A stretch of 52,246 nucleotides of DNA from Clostridia bacterium. GTDB lineage: Bacteria > Bacillota > Clostridia > Christensenellales > UBA1242. The DNA lies in the NCBI GenBank assembly GCA_963930145.1, contig CAWVLM010000065.1:1-52246 (forward strand), written 5' to 3'. Shown one piece after another: positions 34,901 to 44,099 of the stretch; position 1 is the stretch's first letter, and each line of letters opens with the position of its first letter. The translations under genes and the position numbers were made by a program. The notes beneath the pieces were generated by a model, which was not told where the DNA came from, made no database searches, and was given only the letters and a program-made list of their open reading frames with translations.

Positions 34901-37891
34901 TGCAACAGCATATATAGTGTGGCTTTTTTCAAGTTTTCTTGAAGAAGGGTCTGCAAGCAAACCGCCGCTTGCGAGTATACTTGAGCCTGTTTCAGAGGTA
35001 GCCGTATAGAGAGAAGCAACTCTTCTAAAATAGCCACTTCCATTTAAAGCACCATCAATAGCCGCCATTTCGCTGCTTGGCTTATTAGGCTTAAGCATTG
35101 ACAAAGTTTCATTTACACTTGCAAGAACATTCTTTTCAACCACTCCAGTAACAGAAGCAGGGGTGTCCTTAGCAACATTATCTTCAAGTTTTTCAGCGTA
35201 ACCATCGTAGTAGGTAAGGCTATAGGTTTTCAAATAATCTTCGCTTGCATTGACACAGGCGTTAAAGGATGTGACTTTATCTTTGCTAGCAACAATGTCA
35301 TCTACGGAAGCTTTAAATTCTTGAAGAAGGTCAACTTTCTTATGCTCTTCAACGTTTGCTTTAGCTTCTTTATCAATAATTTCTATGTCTGAGTTAATTT
35401 GAGCTGCCGCATCATTTAAAATTGCAACAACTTGGTCTCTGCTTTCTTCTGGCACATTTTCAATCATTTGATTTAGAACTTCAGTTGATCCGCCATGTGT
35501 AAGGATAGCGTTTTGGATGATATCAGTGCCATATCTTTCAAAGAATTTGATTCTTTGTTCTTCTGACATCTTATCAGTGCCAGCAAGATATTTCAGTCTA
35601 TAAACGTCTGCATTTTTTACGAATTCACTTTGTTCTTCATGAAGAGTTCGTTCTTTAATTTGTGCAGAGTTTGCTTCATTTAAGGCTGCAACATAATTAC
35701 GTAGATTTTCATTGTTTTCAGGTGTAAATAGCCCTTCAACACTTGCCCTTTGGTTGGCACTAAGATTTGTAAAATAACTTATAGTAAAATCTTCAACAAG
35801 AGCCTGTCTAGTCTTAGGGTCGTCAGTTTTGGCGATTTGGTCAAGACTCATTGCCATAGCAAGGCGGGTATCAAGGTTTTCAAGGTTGCATAGATTGTGA
35901 ATGTTACTGCTGCCATCAGCTGACTCAGTAACACCAATCCCGTTTGCGTTATAAAGAGCTGCAAAATCTCTAGCAAATGCATTATCAGACAATTCTTTGT
36001 TATGCATCTTGTCAAGAACAGCTATTCTATCAGCAGAAGCGTTTTCAAGATTGTCAAGTTCTCTTTCATTTTCAAGGAAATTCTCTCTACCATCAAACTC
36101 TGCAGACTGTTCTTTTTCATAACCGTCAAGTTTATGTTTGATTCTTCTAAATGGGCTAAACACAAGTTTATCAGCGAAGGTAGATTGCAAAAGCCCAATG
36201 CCTGCCATAATTGCACCAGGAATCATTGCAAGCAGACCAACACCTGGGATAAGCGAGCAAACCATCAGCCAAATACCAATAGTTGAGAGCGTTTCGCCCA
36301 TAACATTATTGACTGTTTTCAGGGTGTCTTTAAAGGCTTTGTTTTTTTCATCATTGCGAGCCTTTTGTTCGGCAATATAGTTTTCAAGACTTTTATCTTC
36401 TTCGTCTTGTTCTGCTTTTTTGTCTTCATTAGGCTTTGGCTTAGTATCGTTGCCGCCACCCGAGCCGCCATTGTCGCTACTTTCGCCGCCATCGCCACCT
36501 TCTTCTGCTGGCTCATCTTTGTCGCCTTCAGGTTGACTATCGCTTCCAGTATTGCTCTCACCAAGATTTGTATTGTCGCCAGCTTCAGGCGTGTCGCCAT
36601 CTTGAGCTCTTGAGTCGCCGCTAGGAGTCTCATCGCCGCCATCGGAAGAATCGCCATCCCCAGACGCATCAGAGTCGTCGGGAGCGTCGCCTTGCTGCAC
36701 GGCAGACACTATTCCGTCACCATTTTTGCGTGAATGGTATAGCTCAGGGCTTATGGTTTCTGTAACCGTCAAATTTCTTTCATTTATAGAAAACACAACT
36801 GGGTTAGAAGACCTGCCGTCATGTTGTTTTGCGGCAATAGTTATCTTTTCATCAGCAATAGGTATATCAAATTGTTTTAATCCTTCACTTTTACCAGTAG
36901 TCTCTGGCATAAAATTCAGCCCACTATTATTTGTTAAAAGTTCATAAGCTTGAGCAAATTCTGGTGATGTGACGCCTGCACTAGAAATAGGGATAGGAAT
37001 TTGATAGTTATAACTAGGCTTAGAAGATGTTTCTATGTGCATAGAGTAGTGATATTTGCCATTTTCATCTTTTTCGTATAAGAAAGTAAGGTCGCTTTTA
37101 CAATTAACCATTTTGCCTTCAACGTAAAGATAACGCACTTCTTCGCCTTTAGAGTTTCTTTGTTTAACAAAGCAGCAAGGTGGGATGTCTGCACCAAAAT
37201 TAAGCTTAGTAAAAGTTATATCCTTCAAATCAACACTGCTATTGTCTTTCATGCCACAGAAATATTCACCAATTATGTTGGCTGGCAGGGTATTTACACT
37301 AGAGACAGGGCTGAATATACTTGCACCTTCTTTGCTTGAAAGCATATCTTTAACAACCCGTCTATTAACTGTTATGTCAATACAACTTTCATTGTTTGTA
37401 GAGTAGGTATATTTTGTTTTGTCGTCGCCGTCTCCATATTCTAGCGATATAGAAGTTGGCGAAGCCACAATGGTATAAGGTTTTTTATCTTTCGCACTAA
37501 CTGTGATAACAATTTGGTCGTTATTTCTTTTCATAGAAATTGCGTTACTATCAGGACCAATTTCAAGACCATTTTCACTAAATATTGCCTTTAAAGTTTG
37601 GTCAGCTTCAATGGACTGTTCTTCTTCATTTAAAAATTTGCCAAGATTTTTAAGCTTAACAAAATGTTTTTTTTCTGTTGGCTTTGCAGGGTCAGCAATA
37701 GAGTAAACAGACATAATTGACTGTTGATTATTTTCAGCCGTATTAGTTGTCAGGTCAAATAAAGTTTGCACGCCACCGCTTGCACGTGTGTTAACCATAG
37801 AAACCTTTTGCGTAAGTCTAGATTGAGTTTTGCCTTCACTAGACTTAACTCTCACATTTTGAATAGAAACCATTGGATAAGTTTTAGCCAT
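31964..37891 (-). CDS. giant orphan protein (~1975 aa) with a central TM hairpin
   Basis: Uninterrupted ORF. The likely start is ATG at 37891 after GAGG. There is no N-terminal signal peptide. From N to C: a ~440-aa domain, a D/G/S/E low-complexity acidic linker (~36400-36700), two adjacent hydrophobic segments (~36190-36300), a ~1400-aa charged helical region and two ~110-150-aa tandem repeats (32390-33175). Confidence 0.8.
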   Translation of the reverse strand: MAKTYPMVSIQNVRVKSSEGKTQSRLTQKVSMVNTRASGGVQTLFDLTTNTAENNQQSIMSVYSIADPAKPTEKKHFVKLKNLGKFLNEEEQSIEADQTLKAIFSENGLEIGPDSNAISMKRNNDQIVITVSAKDKKPYTIVASPTSISLEYGDGDDKTKYTYSTNNESCIDITVNRRVVKDMLSSKEGASIFSPVSSVNTLPANIIGEYFCGMKDNSSVDLKDITFTKLNFGADIPPCCFVKQRNSKGEEVRYLYVEGKMVNCKSDLTFLYEKDENGKYHYSMHIETSSKPSYNYQIPIPISSAGVTSPEFAQAYELLTNNSGLNFMPETTGKSEGLKQFDIPIADEKITIAAKQHDGRSSNPVVFSINERNLTVTETISPELYHSRKNGDGIVSAVQQGDAPDDSDASGDGDSSDGGDETPSGDSRAQDGDTPEAGDNTNLGESNTGSDSQPEGDKDEPAEEGGDGGESSDNGGSGGGNDTKPKPNEDKKAEQDEEDKSLENYIAEQKARNDEKNKAFKDTLKTVNNVMGETLSTIGIWLMVCSLIPGVGLLAMIPGAIMAGIGLLQSTFADKLVFSPFRRIKHKLDGYEKEQSAEFDGRENFLENERELDNLENASADRIAVLDKMHNKELSDNAFARDFAALYNANGIGVTESADGSSNIHNLCNLENLDTRLAMAMSLDQIAKTDDPKTRQALVEDFTISYFTNLSANQRASVEGLFTPENNENLRNYVAALNEANSAQIKERTLHEEQSEFVKNADVYRLKYLAGTDKMSEEQRIKFFERYGTDIIQNAILTHGGSTEVLNQMIENVPEESRDQVVAILNDAAAQINSDIEIIDKEAKANVEEHKKVDLLQEFKASVDDIVASKDKVTSFNACVNASEDYLKTYSLTYYDGYAEKLEDNVAKDTPASVTGVVEKNVLASVNETLSMLKPNKPSSEMAAIDGALNGSGYFRRVASLYTATSETGSSILASGGLLADPSSRKLEKSHTIYAVADTFAKNDLITFMVDQAKNIDGIEPEAFRAVLNKRSLSALVNDYKVAIGDDGKISMTIGKLSVTATADATAISAAKYSIGRVNYQNAKQEQISKALSQLSSPFAKKEKGTPLVQYDPDKKVYLVANYDIKAKKDDKDAFFVHSEEDIVKEYTKKYPYFATLSPDMQREIIITRLGIEGQRARLEDEREKAINEAKKEGKAFDSAKYDAKFKVYDSAEKLTIAILDGSFSVAYDQRAFESVLDPEHKITRNLDAVENAGKNLSENIGKYGNLCEILENLPISEEERQGIKTEPDKAHSLDPNLDFNKALIEQIKPFMEREKVDGEKIYDIIARYSDIESPSANNQEKAKKAAGFTEFCRDKNQAIDRRTSINLTAARARYGKAYVDSEYRARKEALEKDIKYPTTVDLLAEILYDEEAMASRSPKIKAASKEEFMEKLAIKLNDTKPKDRENYIMSLLPKSYQEEYRQAKKHVLDELPSEENIEYFKANRDVRVFDINRAKYETEIEAILSGNLEADDLAKAVDKVNKGLVATGINEKSIDKLIKLLEDTSLDANEKNAKIEELKKGIGKELDIQKLRLENNKGRADAAREGETEDDRKANAEKYDLQKFQEAKAKYDTTLAAIDSYLAKNPDYPYGIEILNGFINGDISYFIENPEAMPEGIEIGNNDLYMFEILGINGDIKEIDKQINQTIDDKFTPEGLAKIRQGRLEESLKKAKKLQKQIEIQEKRLEDKQHHTDAARDGNSPAERKANAAKDDLERCEADWKEFEKKMKAIEGYIAEHPEYQYANDLINAFIDGDSAFFEAHASEFNPEGLNFGNLDLYLFEKLGIEKDIKKLRQSSSKKIDTKGLSPEKARIIAEKNKKANAALLAKIKGQKKKLIAKIREKYVGLKIDAEAAYNTSILATTRSSAAELGGQRSETLAKARGIFSFLSKKKADREAEAARRAEEERARTPERTEAAPEAEAEEAEGVAQEVPEA

Positions 37892-38121
37892 AAAAACCTC
37901 ACATATATAAACTATAATTACATATATAATAATACCATTATAAAAGCATTTTGTCAAGAATTTAAAGGTTTATGTTGCTCTCAAGGCAAAAGATAATAGA
38001 TATTTTTAAAAAACTATTTATTATTTTGCCGCAAAATGCAATCAAGCAAAACAATCAAAAAAACATATAAATGTTTTTTGTCAAAGACTAAGCATTGCAA
38101 AAAGGCAGGGGATTAAATTCA

Positions 38122-38151
38122 ACAAAAAAGCATGAATTTTCATCCATGCTT
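38122..38151 (-). terminator. intrinsic terminator after the 753-aa gene
   Basis: AAGCATG pairs with CATGCTT, with a T-run on the minus strand. Confidence 0.55.
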
Positions 38152-38157
38152 AAATGT

Positions 38158-40419
38158 TTATTCAGCTTCATATTCTTCAACAGGGGCATTTTGAGCTGCT
38201 TTAATTTTATCTATTACGCTTTCAATGTCTGCCATATATTTGCCCACTTTCTCGCTATCTTCTTGAGTGAAATATTGTCTATAATAATCAGCTCTTGTTT
38301 CAATTGAGTTGCCAGGTCTTGCAATATTGCTTTGCTCGCCAAGTCTTGCACCAGCAACGTTTTCAGCTTCATCGGTAATTCTCGCCATTTCATCGACATA
38401 AGAAATTGTGGATGTAACTTTTTGTCCGTTTTGTTTCTTTGTACGCCTAATTTTAAGGTTTCCGATTTTCTTAGCTTTAGCATCAACTGCTTCTTTATCT
38501 TCAGGCAATTTTATCTTTGAGAGAATTGTGCCTATTCGTTTTGCAAGTTGTTCGCGAACGCCATCAGTATTCTTAGCGACAACGCTATCACCGGCAGTTA
38601 AGCGTTCTCTTTCAAGCTGGCGTTTGATTTCATCTAGTTTTTCAAGCCCTTCGCTAGCTTTTTGGTAGTTATCATCTCTAGCGGTCACATGCTCGTCTTT
38701 ATCATCTTGTAAGCTTACAGTTTGTTCTTCAACTCTTGAAATAGTGCTATCAATAGCCTCTCTTTGCATTGCATTCATAACCGCAGAAAGTTTCAAGTCC
38801 TTTTTATCTGCAACCTCAGGATTGAGAGCGTCAAGAAGGCGGCTATCAATTTCAAAGTCACGTATGTCTTTATTGCTTTCAATAAAAGCTTTAACAGCTT
38901 CGTTTGTTCTTATAAAGTTGAATAGCGTCTCAAGTTGGTCAACAGAAAGGTTTTCAAAGGCGGTATCAAGATTAGCACCTTTTTCAACATTGCTTCCAAA
39001 GATTATTTCGGCAACCATTTTAAGGTCTCCAGGGTTCGGCGAGTGTCTAACATTTTTATATTTGAAATCTTTAAGAAGGTTATCTCCAACATTATATTCA
39101 CTGCCATTTACAATAGCTTGAGCATGAGCCTTCATAATATCAAATATATCTTTCATAACTTTTTCTTGTCTAGTCGTGTAAAGATAGGATTTTCTCTTGC
39201 CATCAGAGCCCACTTCAATTTTGGCTTTAAATATATCGTTTGAGTGGTCAACAGTGTCATCATTATTATAAGCAGCAATAGCGTCAACAAGTGCGTCATA
39301 ATCAGACAAGTTTTTATCAAATACCACTTGGAAATTGCCGTTTTCAGCACTTGCCAAGTCCTGGCCAAGTGTGTTTCTATCAAATATGAAAGAGAACCCT
39401 TTTGTTTTGCCATCTTTAACAGTATCGTCATAATAAGCAACAGGGAAATCTCTTGCTATAGCACGGAAAGCGTCCATAAATTCATCTCTTCGCTCAGCAG
39501 CAGGCTTAACGATATCTTTACCTTTAACCCAGTTGCGAAGAATAGCATGTTCATCTTCATTTTCGTCATACTCTTCTTTAAGAGCGGCAAGTTTTTCAGA
39601 AATGATAGCGGCTTGACCAAGTTTTTCATCTATATCTTTAATAGCGGCATTGTTTGCTGCCACTTCTATAATGCTTGCATCATATTCTTTAATGATAGCT
39701 GTTGCATTTTTGCCAGCTTCGGCAGTTTCGTTAGCTCTTTCAACTTCGGCATCAACTCTTTCAGCAAGAAGGGCGTCACAACGTTTTTGAGCGTAAGATG
39801 CACCTTTAATATAGATGTCGGCATTATTATATGTTTCGTCATTTACAATTTCAGGGTTGAATTCAGGCAATGTATAGCCATTGATATCAGGATCAGCATA
39901 TTCTTTAACAACTTTCATAAGTTCTTCAAATGCCTTTTCTCCTTCTTCACCATAAATGTCTCTCATATTGCAAATACCAATGTAGTTTGCTTTGATATAA
40001 GCAAGTGCTCTAGCTTTTGCTTGAGTCTGTTTTGCAATAAGAGCATAAGCTTTTTTGTCCTGTTCAGAAAGATTTGTTCCACCTGCGAAATATTTAAATA
40101 GCCCATCAGCGGTAAGTTTTGTAGCATCGTTAGACGCTTGCTTTCTTTGATAGTTTAAAACGTCCATTCTGTCTTGAAATTCAGAAACATCCACAAAATT
40201 TCCTAAATTTTTAACATAATCAACGACTTCTTGAAGTGTTTTTCCTGTTGCAATTTTATCGAAATGTTTAACAGCAGCAACTTCAAACTCTCCAGCTTCC
40301 TTTACGCTAGCACTCTTTTTAAGGTTTGCCATTTTTAAGACTTTAGGGCTTTTAATCTCTCCTGCCTTTCCAGAGAAAACGCTAGCGATTTTTGAAATGA
40401 TATTTTTAAATAATCCCAT
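38158..40419 (-). CDS. orphan 753-aa charged, predicted alpha-helical protein
   Basis: RBS AAAAGGAG. No TM segment and no recognisable motif. The N-terminus MGLFKNIISKIASVF could form an amphipathic helix. Confidence 0.75.
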   Translation of the reverse strand: MGLFKNIISKIASVFSGKAGEIKSPKVLKMANLKKSASVKEAGEFEVAAVKHFDKIATGKTLQEVVDYVKNLGNFVDVSEFQDRMDVLNYQRKQASNDATKLTADGLFKYFAGGTNLSEQDKKAYALIAKQTQAKARALAYIKANYIGICNMRDIYGEEGEKAFEELMKVVKEYADPDINGYTLPEFNPEIVNDETYNNADIYIKGASYAQKRCDALLAERVDAEVERANETAEAGKNATAIIKEYDASIIEVAANNAAIKDIDEKLGQAAIISEKLAALKEEYDENEDEHAILRNWVKGKDIVKPAAERRDEFMDAFRAIARDFPVAYYDDTVKDGKTKGFSFIFDRNTLGQDLASAENGNFQVVFDKNLSDYDALVDAIAAYNNDDTVDHSNDIFKAKIEVGSDGKRKSYLYTTRQEKVMKDIFDIMKAHAQAIVNGSEYNVGDNLLKDFKYKNVRHSPNPGDLKMVAEIIFGSNVEKGANLDTAFENLSVDQLETLFNFIRTNEAVKAFIESNKDIRDFEIDSRLLDALNPEVADKKDLKLSAVMNAMQREAIDSTISRVEEQTVSLQDDKDEHVTARDDNYQKASEGLEKLDEIKRQLERERLTAGDSVVAKNTDGVREQLAKRIGTILSKIKLPEDKEAVDAKAKKIGNLKIRRTKKQNGQKVTSTISYVDEMARITDEAENVAGARLGEQSNIARPGNSIETRADYYRQYFTQEDSEKVGKYMADIESVIDKIKAAQNAPVEEYEAE

Positions 40420-40670
40420 ATTAAACTCCTTTTTATCAAGTTAAAGCAATTTGGCTTTTTCTATGCTTAATTTTATAACAATTTGCTTGAAAAGTCAATA
40501 CAAATATTTAAAAAAATGTCAAAAATCATATAACGGCAAGTTTTGACAGCATTTTAAATATATTTTTCTATCGTCGCAAACTTATTATAGCAAATATCTT
40601 TCAAATAGTTTGACATTTCTTAAAAAATCATTAAAATTATATCAGCAATTATTGTATTTAAGGAGAACAC

Positions 40671-43403
40671 ATGGGACTTTTTGGTAATGAAAACAAATCA
40701 CAGATAAAGAAATTAAGGAAGATAGCAGACAAGGTTATAGCACTTGAAGATAAATATAAAGGCTATTCAAACGAGCAGCTTCGTGCCTGCACTGATGAGT
40801 TTAAAAATAGATACAAGACGGGCGAAACTTTAAACGACCTTCTTCCAGATGCATACGCAGTTGTAAGGGAAGCGGCATCAAGAGTGCTAAATATGAGACA
40901 TTTTTATGTGCAGATTCTTGGCGGCATCGCACTTCATCAAGGCAGAATTGCAGAGATGGCAACAGGTGAAGGCAAAACTCTTGTAGCAACTCTTCCTGCA
41001 TATTTAAATGCAATCACGGGCAAGGGTGTGCATGTTGTCACTGTCAATGAATACCTTGCAAAGCGTGACGCTGATTGGATGGGAAAGGTATATAAATTTT
41101 TAGGGCTCACAGTCGGCGTTTCACTAAACAGGCAGAATAACGAGCAGAAGAAACAGGCATATCTTGCCGACATCACATATACCACAAATAACGAGCTTGG
41201 TTTTGACTACTTAAGAGATAACATGGCAAGGTCGAAAAACGAACGTGTGCAAAGGGGACTCAACTTTGCAATCGTCGATGAAGTTGATAGCATCTTGATT
41301 GACGAGGCAAGAACGCCACTTATCATAAGCGGCCGTGGCAGCAAGTCAACTGATGGCTATATGATTGCACAAAAGTTTGTAAAGACTTTAAGGCAAGATA
41401 GCGATATTGATATAGATATCAAAACCAAACAAATCAACCTTACAGATAAGGGTATTAGGAAGGCTGAAAGCTTTTATCATATAGATAATCTGTCAGATAT
41501 TGAGAATATAGAGCTAAGTCACTACATCAACAACGCCTTAAAGGCAAACTTTATCATGCATAGAGATGAAAACTATATTGTAAAGGATGGCGAAGTGATT
41601 ATAGTTGATGAGTTTACTGGTCGTCTTTCACCAGGCAGACGCTTTAGCTCTGGTCTTCATCAAGCTATTGAAGCGAAGGAAGGCGTTGATATCCGCGATG
41701 AAAATCAAACTTTTGCAACTATAACCTTCCAAAATTTCTTCCGTCTATATAAAAAATTATCAGGTATGACAGGTACAGCTAAGACAGAAGAAGGTGAATT
41801 TAGAACAATCTATAACCTTGACGTTGTCACAATTCCGTCAAATAAACCAAAGCAGAGAATAGACTATCCTGACAAGATGTACGTCACTGAAAAGGGTAAG
41901 ATTGCCGCCATTATTGAAGAGATAAAAGAGTGCGTGGAAAGTGGGCAGCCTGTGCTTGTCGGCACAATCAATATTGATAAGTCAGAGCAGCTTTCAAACG
42001 CTCTTCGACATGCAGGCATTAAGCATCAGGTATTGAACGCTAAAAATAATGAAAAAGAAAGCGAAATTGTCGCTCAAGCGGGCAGAAAGGGCACGGTGAC
42101 TATTGCAACCAATATGGCTGGTCGTGGAACTGATATCTTGCTTGGCGGTAACCCTGAGTTTATGGCAACAAAGGAAATGAGAGATAAAGGCTTTAGTGAA
42201 GAAGAAATCTTATATGCCACAGCTTTCAACTATATTGATGACGAAGCATTAAATAAGGCAAGAGAAGAATATAATAAGTTTTATTCTAAGTTCAAAGAAA
42301 TAACAGACAAAGAAAAACAAGAAGTTATCTCACTTGGTGGACTTAAGATTATAGGTACTGAGCGACATGAGTCACGCCGTATTGATAATCAGCTCCGCGG
42401 ACGTTCTGGTCGTCAAGGTGACCCAGGCTCAAGCATATTCTTCCTTTCTCTTGATGATGATTTATTTAAGAGATTTGCAACTGATAAGCTTCGCAAACTT
42501 CTTGCCTTCTTTAAGGTTGATGACTCAACACCAATTCAGTTAAAGGCGATTTCAAAGCAGATAGAAGCCTCTCAACGAAAGATAGAGCTTCAAAATTTCA
42601 GTATAAGAAAAACTGTTTTGCAGTTTGACGATGTTATGAATAAACAAAGAGAGATTATCTATAAAGAGCGTAACGAAGTGCTAGATGGTCAACCTGTACA
42701 TGACCAAATTGTCAAGATGTTCCCAGATGTTGTCACAAAGAGTGTCACAAAGATAATCTCGGACGACCGCCCATATTATGAATGGGATTTGGAAGCACTT
42801 AATAAAGAGCTTGAAAATGGTCTTCTTGATAAGGATAGCGGTGCCATCACAGAAGATTTTGTTGAAGGATGCGATGTCAATGATGTGATAGAAAAAGTGC
42901 TTGATATAATCTATAAAAAGTATGACGAACGTCACAAGGAAGTGGCAGCTATAGGCGTCAATTTTGAAGATATAGAACGCAATGTTCTTCTAAGAATGGT
43001 TGATATAAATTGGATGAGCCAAATAGAGAACATGCAGATAATGAAAGATGAAATTCTTTCTCGCCAATTTGGGCAACAAGACCCTGTCATGGCATATAAG
43101 AAGGAAGGGTTTGACATGTTCGACTCAATGATAGACAAAATCAAAGAGACCACATGTAAGATTTTATTGAATGCAAGAATACAAGCTCGTCCTGCCATGC
43201 CTGAGCAGCCAGCGCCTGCCAAGATAATTTTCACAGGCAAGCAGCTCACACCAGAAGAGCGGGCAGCACAGCAACAAAAACGCAAGCTTCAAGTTCAAAA
43301 AACAGTATATAATGATAAGCCTAAAGCGGGCAGAAATGACCCTTGTCCATGCGGAAGCGGCAAAAAATACAAAAACTGCTGCTGGGATAAAGATCACCAA
43401 TAA
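40671..43403 (+). CDS. secA: preprotein translocase ATPase SecA
   Basis: MATGEGKTLVATLPAYLNA, DEVDSILIDEARTPLIISG, TNMAGRGTDI and the C-terminal zinc motif CPCGSGKKYKNCC. Confidence 0.97.
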   Translation: MGLFGNENKSQIKKLRKIADKVIALEDKYKGYSNEQLRACTDEFKNRYKTGETLNDLLPDAYAVVREAASRVLNMRHFYVQILGGIALHQGRIAEMATGEGKTLVATLPAYLNAITGKGVHVVTVNEYLAKRDADWMGKVYKFLGLTVGVSLNRQNNEQKKQAYLADITYTTNNELGFDYLRDNMARSKNERVQRGLNFAIVDEVDSILIDEARTPLIISGRGSKSTDGYMIAQKFVKTLRQDSDIDIDIKTKQINLTDKGIRKAESFYHIDNLSDIENIELSHYINNALKANFIMHRDENYIVKDGEVIIVDEFTGRLSPGRRFSSGLHQAIEAKEGVDIRDENQTFATITFQNFFRLYKKLSGMTGTAKTEEGEFRTIYNLDVVTIPSNKPKQRIDYPDKMYVTEKGKIAAIIEEIKECVESGQPVLVGTINIDKSEQLSNALRHAGIKHQVLNAKNNEKESEIVAQAGRKGTVTIATNMAGRGTDILLGGNPEFMATKEMRDKGFSEEEILYATAFNYIDDEALNKAREEYNKFYSKFKEITDKEKQEVISLGGLKIIGTERHESRRIDNQLRGRSGRQGDPGSSIFFLSLDDDLFKRFATDKLRKLLAFFKVDDSTPIQLKAISKQIEASQRKIELQNFSIRKTVLQFDDVMNKQREIIYKERNEVLDGQPVHDQIVKMFPDVVTKSVTKIISDDRPYYEWDLEALNKELENGLLDKDSGAITEDFVEGCDVNDVIEKVLDIIYKKYDERHKEVAAIGVNFEDIERNVLLRMVDINWMSQIENMQIMKDEILSRQFGQQDPVMAYKKEGFDMFDSMIDKIKETTCKILLNARIQARPAMPEQPAPAKIIFTGKQLTPEERAAQQQKRKLQVQKTVYNDKPKAGRNDPCPCGSGKKYKNCCWDKDHQ

Positions 43404-43574
43404 CTGGTGAGACACCAAAGCCATAACGCTGACACGCTGAAAAATTCAGCTAACAGCTATGGCACGCAATTTTAACGATAGGACATTAAAATTGCTTTCG
43501 GTTTCTCTCCCAAGCCTCTTCCACCCCAGACAAAAATTTTCTAAATTTTTGTCTTAATAAGGACCCGCAAGGGG

Positions 43575-43818
43575 TGAATTATATTGGGGTAACACCAAAA
43601 TTTTTTAGACTAAAAGTTGCAGGGTTTAAGCCTGCAACTTTTAGTCTAACTCCTTACAGAGAACGCGGACACAAGCCTAACGCTTGGTGACTGTCAGACT
43701 AAGTATAATCTAAATTATAAGAGTTTTATTTCCGCTCTCTAACTAAAATTTCGGTTTTCCGACTTGGGCTCCCGCAAAATCTCCGATTTTGTGGGTAAAA
43801 GTAAGGACCCATAAGGGT
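43575..43818 (+). repeat. modular structured intergenic repeat, copy B
   Basis: Reverse-complement homolog of 30285-30523. It includes an 18-bp perfect hairpin (43605-43622/43630-43647). It is bounded by direct copies of AAGGACCC..AAGGG(G)T at 43557-43575 and 43802-43818. Confidence 0.7.
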
Positions 43819-43914
43819 AGATATAAGTGAAAAGAGAAAAGTGAAGAGTGAAACGTGAAAAGCTTATCAATAAGGCTTTCTGCTATCAAAAAATCAAAAT
43901 CAAATCAAAACCTG

Positions 43915-43946
43915 CAAAATCTCAGGGCAGAAGCTTTGAGATTTTT
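43915..43946 (+). terminator. intrinsic terminator ~540 nt downstream of secA
   Basis: AAAATCTCA pairs with TGAGATTTT, followed by a T-run. Confidence 0.55.
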
Positions 43947-44099
43947 TAATTGTTCTTAATAAAAATTGTATTTTTTGTTTTGAAAAACAAGTTTTTTATG
44001 ATACTATTAGAGTAGGAATGTTTATTTTCAAATAAAAAGGCGATAAAAAGCTTTAAAGTCCACGCAGAAACATTCATTTTAGTATTTAAGGAGCTTTTT

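Noticed and set aside
39244-40101. 285-aa ORF on the plus strand, antisense to the 753-aa gene
   Set aside because: It has no RBS and an F/I/S/C/N-rich nonsense-like composition. That is typical of the mirror frame of a Lys/Glu/Asp-rich gene in AT-rich DNA. The minus-strand ORF has an RBS and a coherent protein-like sequence.
43404-43948. Identity of the long non-coding regions (also 30081-30523) as RNase P RNA, tmRNA, SRP/4.5S or 6S RNA
   Set aside because: I could not find the hallmark motifs: GAGGAAAGTCC / ACAGAA-N-GGCTTA for RNase P, a tRNA-like GGGG...TCCACCA end with a tag ORF for tmRNA, or GGAAGCAGCC-type domain IV for SRP. The element is also present in at least two copies.
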